This document shows, piece by piece, positions 1 to 12,568 of a stretch of 64,000 nucleotides of DNA (position 1 is the first letter of the stretch; each line of letters begins with the position of its first letter). This stretch comes from Eledone cirrhosa (taxonomy: Eukaryota), in NCBI GenBank assembly GCA_964016885.1, contig CAXHJY010000109.1:186001-250000 (forward strand), given 5' to 3'. The position numbers were made by a program, and so were the translations under genes. The notes under the pieces are model-generated. The model searched no databases, had not been told where the DNA came from, and saw only the letters and a list, made by a program, of their open reading frames with translations.

Positions 1-2216
1 TTTTTTCTGCTAGAGATGTTGTATTAGCCAGTGCGGCATTTTTAAAGCTATGTTTGTGGGTATTATACCTTGTCTTAAAATTGTTAGAGGTAGCTCCTAT
101 ATATGAGCAAATAGAATCTTTAGTTTTAACATTACATTTATAGACTATGTTGTTAACAAGACAATTCCCTTTTAATGGGCAGTTTGTTTTGTTTCTACAG
201 TTACATCCTTTCGTTAATTCTGTATTTGAGGAGATATTATTGTTAATTTGATGTACTGGTGGTATACTTATGGTTTTCTTACATTTATATGCATTATATG
301 CACTTATATTTTGTTTTATGTTATTTGTTGTAGAGTATGAGAATTTAACTGTAGACCTATTTAAGATTTGATGGTATTTGTGGTTTGGCGGGAAGTTTTT
401 CTCAAGGATATAAAAAAATTTTTTAGCAATATTATCCTTAACTTGTAAATTAAAAGGAGCATTATACCAAGTAACTCGTCTATTACGGTTTCTATGTTGT
501 TTATTATTTTTATTATTTTTATATGTTGTATCATGATTTTTACTAGGAGGATTAATGTTAATGATCTCACCACAACTATTTTTAGTTATATTTGTAGATT
601 TAGGTGTTTTATCTTTTTTATTAGGAGTTTTATTATTAATATTTATTATAGTCGTATGATGAGTAGTTTTTTGAGGGTTACTATACTTTATATTAGAAGA
701 TTTAGTATTTTGGGGTATACTGTGGGTGGCATTTAGGTGTGTACTTTTCATTTGGTGTTTGTTGGTAATATTATGCTGTATGCTTTCAGTATTTTTAGTA
801 GAAGGTATATACTCTAATCTATTTTTGTGGCCACTTCTATCTAGAGCTTCATTATAAAAGGTCGCATTTTTATCAAATACATCTTGGTTAGAAGAAAGGT
901 TAGAAATTCTAAGTGATATATTATATGCAAGGTTTTTAAGGATAGATTTAGGGTGATTAGATTGTGAGTGTATGTAATGTAAGTTTTGGTTAGGTTTATG
1001 GTAAGGTTGGTATATACCCGTAGCTAAATCTAAAGTTATATCTAGGAAATTTACTACTTTACTTGTTTTTTCAAAAGTAATATTAAGATTATAATAGTCT
1101 TTAAGGAAAGTTCTAATATGCTTTTTGTTTTTTTCGATTTCTGAAAGGCTAAGGTTGTTAGAAAGAAGAAGACAGTCATCACGATATAAACCACCTTTGA
1201 GGTGGGGAAAAGAGGCATTTATGTTGAAAAGGAGAAAGAGGCCCACAAGATCAGTAATTTGGGCGGAATCGCTTGAACCCATAGTAATATCAAAAAGATT
1301 ACTGTAAGTGTTTCTGGTCCAGTATTCATTCTGAAATTCAATAAGTGTTTGTCTAGCATGTGTAATAATGTTAATGTCATCCGAAGTTAAATTAGATCTA
1401 TTTTTAGCAAATATTAATGCTTTGTTCAGGAGTATGGGTGATATAGAAGAATAGTAATTATCTATATCAAATTGTAGGAAAGAAGCAGAAGATTTACACC
1501 TAATATTTTTAAACCAATTAATTACCTGGGAGGTGTTTTCCCAGAGTGGTAAAATAACGTATTTTCTTATTTGTGGGATGACTCTATCTAAAATTTTTTT
1601 GCTAATTATTCCAATATCTGATTTGGAGGGACATATAAGTCTAATAGAAGATTAGAGTTAAAGTTAGATTTGTGATCTTTCAGGTTGAAGTGTGGACTTT
1701 TCAATGCCAAAGGTTCAGTTCTATCTTCAATATTTAGTTTTTTTACTATGTTGTGTGTTTTGTTGTTGATGTTGGTGAGTGACACATTATTAGATTTTTT
1801 ATAATTTTTTCTGAGTTCTTTATATATGAACTCATTATAATGTTCAATATCCATATGATACAAGTTACCAGTTTTGTCCGAGTGGACATGGATTTTTTAG
1901 ACTTTTTTAGGTCCAATAGGGTAGAATCAAGGTCCTTTTGAAAGACGGATTTATACTTTTAAATTTGAGGTGTTTAATTAAATTAAAAAGGTCTTTCTCG
2001 AAGTCTTCAAGTAAAAAGTTGTGTGGTGGATTCTTGTAAGTGTTGAAATCATACATATATTTCCGATCTGCTTGTTTAGATTTTCTATCGAAGTGGTAGG
2101 CTCTCCATCTAACCCTTCTGATAAAATTATTAGTTTCTGAATCATAAGGAGTAAGAAGTCGTCTTAGAAGGTATTGGTATGTTTTTTAAGGAGGTTCCTA
2201 AATATTGTTTTTCCAT
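1..2216 (-). pseudogene. Penelope-like retroelement ORF (Naiad-type): reverse transcriptase + Cys-rich linker + GIY-YIG endonuclease; frameshifted in its 5' part, runs off window edge
   Basis: Hand translation of minus strand: ATG at 2216 (MEKQYLGTSLKNIPIPS), then FIRRVRWRAYHF, SDKTGNLY, LKDHKSNF, FLQFDIDNYYSSI (RT motif A), FDITMGSSDSAQITDLVGL, GGLYRDDCL (YRDD at 1186-1175), NFLDITLDL, SNHPKSI, RVTWYNAPF, CNCRNKTNCPLKGNCL, VYKC...YIG...FKTRYNTH. One open frame from about 1663 to 1; 1-bp frameshifts at about 1650, about 1895 and further upstream. The CxCx5C linker and these RT motifs match Naiad-clade PLEs as I recall them. Confidence 0.92.
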
Positions 2217-2434
2217 TGTGATATGGATGATGGACAATTGAAAGAGCTCAACTAAATGTATATGGGTTTACAAAATCATACATATATATATATGTTTATA
2301 CATAAATATAAAATTAATACACACATACAGTACAAAAATACGAATATTTCGTGAAAATAGGAGCAAAATTATGTAGATAAATTGGTCAATTTTGAACTGA
2401 TATTTTGAATTGTTGTTATTATCAATAAATATAC

Positions 2435-2589
2435 TTCATTATTTCTGAAGACGGCGTATATATGAGTTAGGTATGTATATTTAATCTTGATAATTTGTAT
2501 AATTTTGTATAATTTTGTACATAGATCTGTTAAATATGCATACCAATTATAACACATATATGCCCTAGAAACGATCGTTAAATAGTGAA
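2435..2589 (+). ncRNA. Type I hammerhead ribozyme with very long stem II (probable inverted PLE terminal repeat)
   Basis: Stem I TTCATTATTT/AAATAGTGAA (10 bp, one GU); core CTGAAGA 2445-2451; stem II includes GGCGTATATATG/CATATATGCC and GGTATGTATATTTAA/TTAAATATGCATACC; GAAA 2568-2571; palindromic CGATCG; cleavage triplet GTT. Confidence 0.85.
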
Positions 2590-2778
2590 CTTTTTTTGTT
2601 TAATATAAGGAATTGTTTGTTCATTATTTGTTTAATATTTTATCTTGACTCTGTATACCGTTTATCTTTCACCGAAAGTGGATTTTCATTACATCTCTTC
2701 TTTCCATGATATCCGGAATACATTGAGTTCTTCATACGGATTGGACACTACCGTAAACTCTTGGTAGATTTATCTACA

Positions 2779-2931
2779 TATATTTATATATATATTTATA
2801 TATATATATTTATATATATATTTATATATATATATTTATATATATATTTATATATATATAATATATATATATATATACTTATATATATATAATATATATA
2901 ATATATATATATATATACTTATATATATATA

Positions 2932-2963
<32 letters not shown>

Positions 2964-3071
2964 ATATATAATATGTATATATATATTTATATATATATAT
3001 ATATATAATATATATTTATATATTTATATATATATATATATATAATATATATTTATATATATATATATAAT

Positions 3072-3122
<51 letters not shown>

Positions 3123-3156
3123 TATATTATATATATTTATATATATATTATATATA

Positions 3157-3194
<38 letters not shown>

Positions 3195-3238
3195 TTATAT
3201 ATATATATAATATATATATATATATATTATATATTTAT

Positions 3239-3284
<46 letters not shown>

Positions 3285-3318
3285 TATATATACATGTATA
3301 TATACTATATATAATATA
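2779..3318. repeat. Imperfect (TA)n microsatellite
   Basis: Direct inspection. Confidence 0.95.
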
Positions 3319-3348
3319 AGATCAAAACATGGTTGAAAGAGTTCCATG

Positions 3349-3419
3349 TATTTTACTATGCGCATTTCAAAAACAAATATCATCATGAGATGACATTTGC
3401 GTTTTCGTCAGATAAAATA
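3349..3419 (-). ncRNA. Type I hammerhead ribozyme in a short insert (about 3319-3515) between TA tracts
   Basis: Minus strand reads TATTTTAT-CTGACGA-AAACGCAAATGTCATC(TCAT)GATGATATTTGTTTTT-GAAA-TGCGCA-TA-GTAAAATA. Confidence 0.85.
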
Positions 3420-3629
3420 GGGAGACATGATATGAAGGTTAAAAAACACTTGTGAATAGTGAAGTTTTAAATCAACATATGAAAAGTAATTTAAGATTGA
3501 TGTGTGATATTGGGAAAAAAAAAAAATATATATATTATATATATAATATATATTATATATATATATTATATATATTATATATATTATATATATATATATT
3601 ATATATATTAAATATATATATATATTTTA

Positions 3630-3668
<39 letters not shown>

Positions 3669-3882
3669 TTCGTTTCTGAATTTGTTTAGCAAGATTCTTT
3701 ATCTGAAATCGTGTGTTGAAACCGATATTGTTATACTTTGGGAGGGTCATGTTTCCAATAAGAAACACACGCACCAGTTGCTTTCACTTCAATTTATTAT
3801 ATATTTATAAATTTACAAATCTACAAACTTATAAATTTCTGGTTGGTTGGTTGGTTCCACAACCAGATAGTTGTTTATATAT

Positions 3883-3927
3883 AGTCATAGTCCTTTCGTC
3901 ACACACTCTGTGACCTCTTCAGTGACT
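3883..3927 (-). ncRNA. Minimal type I hammerhead in PLE 3' UTR
   Basis: AGTCA-CTGAAGA-G-GTCACA(GAGTG)TGTGAC-GAAA-GGAC-TA-TGACT, same strand as the upstream ORF. Confidence 0.8.
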
Positions 3928-4068
3928 GGGGATTCCTTTCCTTAGTTTCTGTGCCTTTCCTTTCTTCTATCCTACGCCATTTTGTTTCTGTGTGTGTGTT
4001 GTGTGCTCAGTTTGCGCATGCGCCACATCCGGGTGTCTGTGTGTGTTTGTGTTCATTTATCTATTTGT

Positions 4069-4100
<32 letters not shown>

Positions 4101-4217
4101 TTTATTTATTGTTGGTTGGTTGTTTGTTCTATGTGTGTGTGTGTTTTCATTTTGTCCTTAATTGTAAGTTGTTTGTTCTATGTGTGTGTGTGTTTTCATT
4201 TTGTCCTGTGTGTGTTT

Positions 4218-5412
4218 TCATTTTGTCCTTAATTGTAAGTTTGTGATGTTGCTGTTCCACTCATATTTTCTATTTAATTTTGGTTTTAATTCTTTATGCT
4301 TACTGCCTCTGTAATTTGCCTAAACATTGCGTCTTTTCTGTGTGTGGATTCTATTTTTATTTCTATGTTCTCTAATCTACCCCTGTGTTCTATCTTAGCA
4401 TGTTGGTAGAGCACAGATGATTCTTTATTATCTTGGAGGTCTCGCCAGTGTTCATTTATTCGTTCCCCTATACTACGAGCTGTCTCACCTATGTACACTA
4501 TATTTTTGTTTCTACATTGTCCTTCTGTACATCTTATGCTATACACTACATTTCTAGTTTTACAGTTAATATGGGGGCTTATTTTACAGGTTATACATTT
4601 CTTATCTATACATGAGGGTCTTTGGAACGGGTATGTCTTGCTAATAAGTGTTTTTACGGAGGTACCTGGTCTTTCTACTATCTTAATATTGAGATTATGT
4701 TTATTTAAGGCCCTTCTAAATTTGTAGGCTAGTTCGCCTCTAGGGGTTGTATTGATGAACATTACACTCTGGTATTTATTGCTATCATACCATGAGTTTA
4801 TTCTATTGGCCTTGTTCCTAGTTCTTTCTATTCTATTCCAAAATTTGCTCCTATACAATGGGCAGGTCCCATTTATGTCATTATTTACCATTTTTTCCCA
4901 TTTGGTTCTGGCTCCTTTATACACTCTGATTCTATCTCTCTGATTGTAGCCAGAGAACTGCATACGGTGGATGAAGTGTTGTATGTGTCTCTCTAGTTCT
5001 TCGGGGTTGCACATGCGGGACACATTTCTCATCACCCGTATCAAATCCGCAATCAGTATGTTGATTTTGGTATGGTCCGAAATGGCCGAGTTTCGGTGGA
5101 TCAGATGTTTGGAAGTCATGGGTTTGGCATAATGGGAATGGAGGATTTGTTTTTGGTTGTTAATGGTATCTAACCAGAGCGCTGTGTCTAGTACAGGTAA
5201 TCGATGGTTGGGGTGTCTACTTGGGTAGTCTATAGTAACACTAATGCTCTGCTGGATGGAGTTTGCTATTTGCTGGATGCTTTCAATTGTGTTTTTCTCT
5301 AGTTCCCGACTGTTCTCTAGTGGGGTGTCTTAACTACGATGTTTATATCATCTAAGTAGCGGGAGTACATTATCAGGGTTAAGCTGTCTTCTAATTGTTC
5401 TTTAAGACCTCC
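4218..5412 (-). pseudogene. PLE RT C-terminal part/thumb + Zn-linker + GIY-YIG endonuclease
   Basis: YSRYLDDIN (about 5370-5341), frameshift at about 5325, then DYPSRHPNHRLPVLD and HSHYAKPMTS; ORF 4286-5119 contains CIDKKCITC, VVYSIRC, VYIGETARSIGERINEH, LYQH, RQITEAVSI; after a further 1-bp shift at about 4295 it reads KPKLNRKYEWN. Confidence 0.9.
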
Positions 5413-5416
5413 ATGA

Positions 5417-5437
5417 ATATATATATATCATATATAT

Positions 5438-5469
<32 letters not shown>

Positions 5470-5957
5470 TATATATATATATATTATATATATTATATAT
5501 ATATATATTATATATATTATATATATATATATTATATATATTATATATATATATTATATATATTATATATATATATATATTATATATATATATATATTAT
5601 ATATATTATATATATATATATATTATATATATTATATATATATATTATATATATATATATATATTATATATATTATATATATATATATTATATATATTAA
5701 TATTATATATATTATATATATTATATATATATATATAGATATATTATATATATTATATATATATATATATTATATATATATATATCATATATATTATATA
5801 TATTATATATATATATATATTATATATATTATATATATATATATATTATATATATTATCTCTCTATCTCTATATTTCTCTCTCTCGATTTTTTCTGTCTG
5901 TCTGGTGTATTGATATCTCTCTCTCGTTTTTCTCTCTTTTTTTCTTTTGAGTTTTTT

Positions 5958-5989
<32 letters not shown>

Positions 5990-6011
5990 TTCTTTCTTTC
6001 TTTCTTTCTTT

Positions 6012-6105
<94 letters not shown>
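5417..6105. repeat. (TA)-rich tract followed by (TTTC)n
   Basis: Direct inspection; (TTTC)n about 5958-6105. Confidence 0.95.
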
Positions 6106-6106
<1 letters not shown>

Positions 6107-6273
6107 CCCTTTTCTCCCTATCCGCTTTTCTCTCTCTCATTCTTTTTCCTTCTCTGTAACACAACGACTTACTAATATAAGTAAACAAACCCACTATCCC
6201 GATGACTTCCAAAAGTAACGGTTGCATTTTGAATGGGTATGTCAATATTTATTTATAAAACTGGTATATATTG

Positions 6274-6339
6274 TATTATGTCTGATGAAAGCATACCATA
6301 ATTTTAACATGGTATCCTTGAAATATGTATAATGAAATA
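6274..6339 (+). ncRNA. Hammerhead ribozyme (family D, same family as 59913-60262)
   Basis: TATTATGT-CTGATGA-AAGCATACCAT(AATTTTAAC)ATGGTATCCTT-GAAA-TATGTA-TA-ATGAAATA; 6240-6378 aligns by eye with 60121-60262. Confidence 0.75.
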
Positions 6340-6375
6340 GATATGGTTTTATAAATATAGTTTCCATTTGTTAAT

Positions 6376-6855
6376 ATTATATATATAATATATAATATAT
6401 ATATAATATATATATAATATATATATATAATATATATATATAATATATATATAATATATATATATAATATATATATATATAATAAATATATATATAATAT
6501 ATATATATAAAATATATATATATATAAAATATATATATATATAAAATATATATATATATAAAATATATATATATATAAAATATATATATATATAAAATAT
6601 ATATATATATAAAATATATATATATATAAAATATATATATATAAAATATATATATATATAAAATATATATATATAAAATATATATATATAAAATATATAT
6701 ATATAAAATATATATATATAAAATATATATATATAAAATATATATATATAAAATATATATATATAAAATATATATATATAAAATATATATATATCTTTAA
6801 TATATATATATATAATATATATAATATATATATATAAAATATATACCTATATAAT

Positions 6856-6899
<44 letters not shown>

Positions 6900-6936
6900 G
6901 TATAATATATATATATATAAAATATATATATATATA

Positions 6937-6979
<43 letters not shown>

Positions 6980-7082
6980 AATATATATATAATATATATA
7001 TATAATAAATATATATATAATATATATATATAATAAATATATATAATAAATATATATATATAATAAATATATATATAATAAA
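6376..7082. repeat. (TA)n / TATATATATATAAAA-type tract running into assembly gap
   Basis: Direct inspection. Confidence 0.95.
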
Positions 7083-7282
7083 NNNNNNNNNNNNNNNNNN
7101 NNNNNNNNNNNNNNNNNNNNNNNNNNNNNNNNNNNNNNNNNNNNNNNNNNNNNNNNNNNNNNNNNNNNNNNNNNNNNNNNNNNNNNNNNNNNNNNNNNNN
7201 NNNNNNNNNNNNNNNNNNNNNNNNNNNNNNNNNNNNNNNNNNNNNNNNNNNNNNNNNNNNNNNNNNNNNNNNNNNNNNNNNN
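7083..7282. other. Assembly gap (200 N)
   Basis: Run of 200 N. Confidence 1.
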
Positions 7283-7853
7283 TGTATACTAAGCTGTCAA
7301 GAGAGCTCCTCTAGGTGGTCAGACGACCTGCTTGAAACAGCAGCTAAATGTTCCTCAAATTAAGACCACACTGTCACAGTTTCTGCCTACCATATTCACC
7401 AGGTATGATTTACCTCTGGGGCAGTTGTGGAAGACACTAGGTCGGCCAGGGTCCCACACAATTGGCCTGACCCCTACACCCACGTGTTTGTGGTGGTGAA
7501 TTGCCAGTGTTGTTAGAACATCACATAGAATACTCTGCAATATTTGTTCGGGCTCTCTACTTTCTGAGTTCAAATCCCACCAAGTTTAACTTGGCCCTTC
7601 ATCCTTTCGAGGTCAATAAAAAAAATCCCACCAATCAAGTACTATAGCTCCTTCTTTCTGTCTTTCTCTCCCTTTCCCTTAAAAATCTGACATGGTTTAA
7701 TACTGAAGATATGTCATACATTCCTAAAAGGTTTAGGGGATCACGAATATGGTAAAATAACTCAGTATGCAAATTAGACTAATCAGCCGATACATACTTT
7801 AGAGAATTCTAGATATTCTCAAGAGTTCTAGTGTGCAGCAGAAAAGGTCATAC

Positions 7854-7898
7854 ACAATCTTGACAAGGGGTAATAACCCTGAAACAATTGTCGATTGT
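7854..7898 (+). ncRNA. Degenerate minimal hammerhead
   Basis: ACAATC-TTGACAA-GGGGT(AATA)ACCCT-GAAA-CAATTG-TC-GATTGT; stems intact, core CTGACGA mutated at two positions. Confidence 0.6.
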
Positions 7899-8118
7899 TT
7901 CTCTATGCTACCTGTTACCTCTAGAACAAAATGACGTTAGTCATCTAAAACACATGGTGTTATGAGGCTGTTTACTTGCAAATGAATCGCATATTATTAT
8001 TATTATTTGATATAAAACTCACAAATATATATATATGTATAGCTTAGTATATAGCTTTTAGTGTAGTGTCTAGAGGTTGGAACAAAGACATTGTTTAAAA
8101 ATCTAGGTTTTTTTAATG

Positions 8119-8166
<48 letters not shown>

Positions 8167-8293
8167 CATGTATGTATGTATATATACATATATATGTACA
8201 TACATGATGTAAACTATGGAATGGCAACTGTAAGGAAACTAATAAATATTCCACCTTAAATTATATAAAAGTACATAATACTAAATATTATAT

Positions 8294-8333
<40 letters not shown>

Positions 8334-8336
<3 letters not shown>

Positions 8337-8724
8337 TCATCATCACCGTTTTACGTCTGTTCTTCCACGCTACCATGGGTTAGACGGGTTGTCCTGTTGT
8401 GGGCAGTGTCCAGTCGGCTGACCTTGTTTTGCTCATACGGGAACTGATTCTGGCTTGATTTCTACAGCTGGATGCCCTTCCCAACACCAACCACATTTAC
8501 AGTGAGTGCTGGGTGCTTTTTTGCCGTGGCACCTACACGACCACTTTACAGTGGAATGATATGGATCCAAGTCCTATCATCTCATTTCTACAGCTGAGTA
8601 AACTGGAGCAATGTGAAATAAAGTGTCTTGCTCAAGGACACAACACATCACCCGGTCCGAGAATTGAACTCACAACCTTTCGATTGCAAGCCCAATGCTC
8701 TAACCACTAAGCCATGTGCCTTCA
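8334..8724 (-). mobile_element. tRNA-headed SINE, family A (CORE-like + Meta-like domains, (GAT)n tail)
   Basis: Reverse complement of the copies at 9826 and 10334. Confidence 0.88.
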
Positions 8725-8818
8725 CATATATATATATAATCTGTTACCTGGAGCTGGCGGTTGTGCCTTATCTCATGAATATATACTTATGTGGCTAGCT
8801 ATCCATAAAGGGTGTATA

Positions 8819-9127
8819 GCAGACTAACTACATCTGTTAGACTAACTACATCTGTTAGACTAACGACACCTGTTAGACTAACTACACCTGTTAGACTAAC
8901 TACACCTGTTAGACTAACTACACCTGTTAGACTAACTACACCTGTTAGACTAACTACACCTGTTAGACTAACTACACCTGTTAAACTAACTACACCTGTT
9001 AGACTAACGACATCTGTTAGACTAACGACATCTGTTAGACTAACGACATATGTTAGACTAACGTCATCTGTTAGTCTAACAGATGTCGTTAGTCTAACTA
9101 CATCTGTTGGACTAACTACATCTGTCA
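8819..9127. repeat. 18-bp minisatellite CTGTTAGACTAACTACAC, about 17 copies
   Basis: Period 18 (VRLTTP in ORF track). Confidence 0.95.
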
Positions 9128-9129
9128 GA

Positions 9130-9306
9130 TATCTATAGGTGATTGATCTGGTCGTGATGTGGGGGGGGGTATCTATAGGTGATTGGTCTGGATGTGATGG
9201 GGGATATCTATAGGTGATTGATCTGGTCTGGATGTGATGGGGGATATCTATTGGTGATTGATCTGGTCTGGGTGTGATGGAGGGTATCTATAGGTGATTG
9301 ATCTAC
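9130..9306. repeat. About 40-bp tandem repeat TATCTATAGGTGATTGATCTGGTCTGGATGTGATGGGGG, about 4.5 copies
   Basis: Direct inspection. Confidence 0.85.
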
Positions 9307-9648
9307 TACAGGTGCGTTGTCAGTCTGTGTGTATTTGTGTGTATGTGTTGTCTGTGTTCCTATATGTGTGTTGTGTGTGTGTATGTATGTTTGTATGTAT
9401 GTGTTGTCTCTGTCTGTGTGTGTGTGTGTATTGTATGTGTGTATGTGGGTAGTCCATGTGTCTGTAGTGTGTCTGTGTTCCTATGTGTGTATTGTGTGTG
9501 CATATGTCTATGTATGTATATATGTATGTTGTCTCCGTTGTCTGTGTGTGTGTGTGTGTGTGTCTATTGTGTGTGTGTAGGTGTAGTCAGTCTGTTCCTA
9601 TATGCCCTAATTAATTTGTGTACCTATATCTATATTTGTGTGTGTATG

Positions 9649-9685
<37 letters not shown>

Positions 9686-9742
9686 TTCCAGCTATGTAGT
9701 ATTCTTGTTATTTTACATCGAGCTCTATTCATACTTGTTACT

Positions 9743-9825
<83 letters not shown>

Positions 9826-9827
<2 letters not shown>

Positions 9828-10172
9828 AGGCACATGGCTTAGTGGTTAGAGCATTGGCCTTGCAATCAAAAGGTTGTGAGTTCAATTCTCAGACCGGGTG
9901 ATGTGTTGTTTCCTTGAGCAAGACACTTTATTTCACATTGCTCCAGTTTACTCAGCTGTAGAAATGAGATGATAGGGACTGGGTTCCCTATCATTCCACT
10001 GCAAAGTGGACGTGTAGGTGTCACGGCAAAAAAGCACCCAGCACTCACTGTAAATGAGGTTGGTGTTAGGAAGGGCATCCAGCTGTAGAAATCAAGCCAG
10101 AATCAGTTCCCGTCCCACCCTTGCAAGCAGGGAAAAGCGGACATAAAATGAAATGATGATGAAATGATGATG

Positions 10173-10173
<1 letters not shown>
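9826..10173 (+). mobile_element. SINE family A
   Basis: A-box TGGCTTAGTGG, B-box GAGTTCAATTC, CORE-like TCCTTGAGCAAGACACTT, Meta-like GTTAGGAAGGGCATCCAGCTGTAGAAA, (GAT)n tail. Domain names are from recall. Confidence 0.9.
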
Positions 10174-10261
<88 letters not shown>

Positions 10262-10333
10262 TATAGTAAGGTGCATTATTGGTTGTGTAAAATGGTCCAA
10301 TAAATTTTGATATATATATATATATATACACAT

Positions 10334-10683
10334 GGAGGCACATGGCTTAGTGGTTAGAGCATTGGCCTTGCAATCGAAAGGTTGAGTTCAATTCTCAGAC
10401 CGGGTGATGTGTTGTTTCCTTGAGCAAGACACTTTATTTCACATTGGCTCCAGTTTACTCAGCTGTAGAAATGAGATGATAGGGACAGGGTTCCCTATCA
10501 TTCCACTGCAAAGTGGTCGTGGAGGTGCCACGGCAAAAAAAGCACCCAGCACTCACTGTAGATGAGGTTGGTGTTAGGAAGGGCATCCAGCTGTAGAAAT
10601 CAAGCCAGAATCAGTTCCCGTCCCACCCTTGCAAGCAGGGAAAAAGCGGACGTAAAATGAAATGATGATGATGATGATGATGA
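10334..10683 (+). mobile_element. SINE family A (near-identical to 9826 copy)
   Basis: Same motifs. Confidence 0.9.
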
Positions 10684-10702
10684 TATATATATATATATAT
10701 AT

Positions 10703-11106
10703 AACCAAAGATTAATATGGTTCATTGATTACTCAATGAATATAGTTTTACAATAGGTTAAAAGCACTCTACAGTAAAAGTTTTCTGGAGTTATTAATAT
10801 TATTAAAAATATTAATAAATGAAGATGTTCACATAATCAAAATATGTTTTATTATATATATTTCGGAGGTACTGTGTTGTTGTTTTTTTCAGTATGTCCT
10901 CGTCAGATAAAATACATGAGTTGATGTATGACATACCTCAACTGTCTTGATGGTTCAATTCCAGTATTGGCAGTCTGGAAATACTGGAATTGAACCATCA
11001 AGACCGTTGACGTATGTCATACATCAACTCATGTATTTTATCTGACGAGGACGTACTGAGAAAAAAAACAACACAGTACCTCCGAAATATATATAATAAA
11101 ACATAT
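10703..11106. mobile_element. PLE-like tail insert (family E) with fold-back palindrome carrying two opposed hammerheads (10847-10912 minus, 11036-11101 plus)
   Basis: Arms about 10842-10968 and 10980-11106; TTTTAT-CTGACGA-GGACGTACTG...CAGTACCTCC-GAAA-TATATA-TA-ATAAAA. Confidence 0.85.
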
Positions 11107-11116
11107 ATATATACTG

Positions 11117-11172
<56 letters not shown>

Positions 11173-11341
11173 CTCCACACACGTGTGTGTCACCTATAAT
11201 GAACGTCTGTGTCTAATAACTGTCTAAATCTACTTTTCTTTTTACCTGTTCATTTATTTAGTTCTTTATTTACCTGTCTCTCTCTATACACCTTTTCAAT
11301 TAAATTGTTATCGGGTCTTGCGTAATAGGTGACTCATACAA

Positions 11342-11377
<36 letters not shown>

Positions 11378-11588
11378 ACACACCATCTCACACGTACTCA
11401 TACACATAGTCACACATACTCACATACACCCTCTCTGATATACACAGTCTCACACACACACACACACCATCTCACACAGCCACATACTCACATACACGCT
11501 CTCTCTCTCATATACAGTCTCACACATACAAACAGTTACTCACACACGGTTACTCACACACATACAGTCACATACACACACACACCAC

Positions 11589-11631
<43 letters not shown>

Positions 11632-11921
11632 GATGAATGTCACACAGTCACACACACACATTTATATATGTATACACACACAGAGATGAATGTGTCACAC
11701 GTACTTACATATACATAACAAACAGGTGTGTGTGTCAATTTAATTTTCAATTAGTGATAATGGTCATTAACCAAAGATACATACACATATATACAGACAC
11801 ACACATATATATATATATATATATACACACATACAAACAGCACACAGACCACACACACATATGTATACACACATACACACACACACCTATATTTATGGGC
11901 AGCATGACCCTCCCAAAGTAT

Positions 11922-11975
<54 letters not shown>

Positions 11976-11979
<4 letters not shown>

Positions 11980-12194
11980 GTGTTAAACAATATTCAATGA
12001 TTATATCAAAGAATAAGTTTTACAGTAGATTGGAAGCACTCTACAGGAAAAAATATTAAATATTGATTAAATCTTAACCATTTAACATCTCAGGGTATGT
12101 CATGTATCATTATATTTTATCTGATGAGGACGTACTGTTGAACATCTGAAATATGTATAATAAAATTTAATTGATCAAAAGAACATCTATTTTA

Positions 12195-12200
<6 letters not shown>
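11976..12200. mobile_element. Family E insert: 3' end on minus strand plus inverted piece with hammerhead 12114-12166 (+)
   Basis: ATTTTAT-CTGATGA-GGACGT(ACTGTTGA)ACATCT-GAAA-TATGTA-TA-ATAAAAT; left part matches 10703-10800 and 38939-39040. Confidence 0.8.
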
Positions 12201-12251
<51 letters not shown>

Positions 12252-12330
12252 TTTCTGAATTTGTTTAGCAAGATTCTTTATATTGGCAACATGACCCTCC
12301 CAAAGTATAACATTATATATATATATATAT

Positions 12331-12568
12331 GATGTGTTGTTTCCTTGAGCAAGACACTTTATTTCACATTGCTCCAGTTTACTCAGCTGTAGAAATGAGA
12401 TGATAGGGACTGGGATACCTATCATTCCACAGCAAAAAAGCACCCAGCACTCACTGTAAATGAGATTGGTGTTAGGAAGGGCATCCAGCTGTAGAAATCA
12501 AGCCAGAATCAGTTCCCGTCCCACCCTTGCAAGCAGGGAAAAGTGGACGTAAAATGAAATGATGATGA
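12331..12568 (+). mobile_element. 5'-truncated, internally deleted SINE family A
   Basis: Matches 9900-10170 with a deletion. Confidence 0.85.

Larger units (their letters stand above)
3668..5416 (-). mobile_element. 5'-truncated Penelope-like element (second family) with 3' UTR and hammerhead, flanked by (TA)n on both sides
   Basis: Coding remnant 4218-5412, HHR 3883-3927; its 3' terminal sequence recurs as fragments at about 11897-11927, 12250-12313 and 44152-44320. Confidence 0.88.

Noticed and set aside
1-2780. Selenoprotein-type Naiad (in-frame TGA plus SECIS)
   Set aside because: No in-frame TGA in the open 1663-1 frame, and the linker cysteines are TGT/TGC. The ATGAT..CGGAT hairpin at about 2706-2745 lacks canonical SECIS geometry. 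The ORF end lies outside the window and was not examined.
9826-9900. tRNA genes at SINE heads
   Set aside because: A and B boxes are present but continue into SINE bodies in multiple copies, with no proper acceptor stem.
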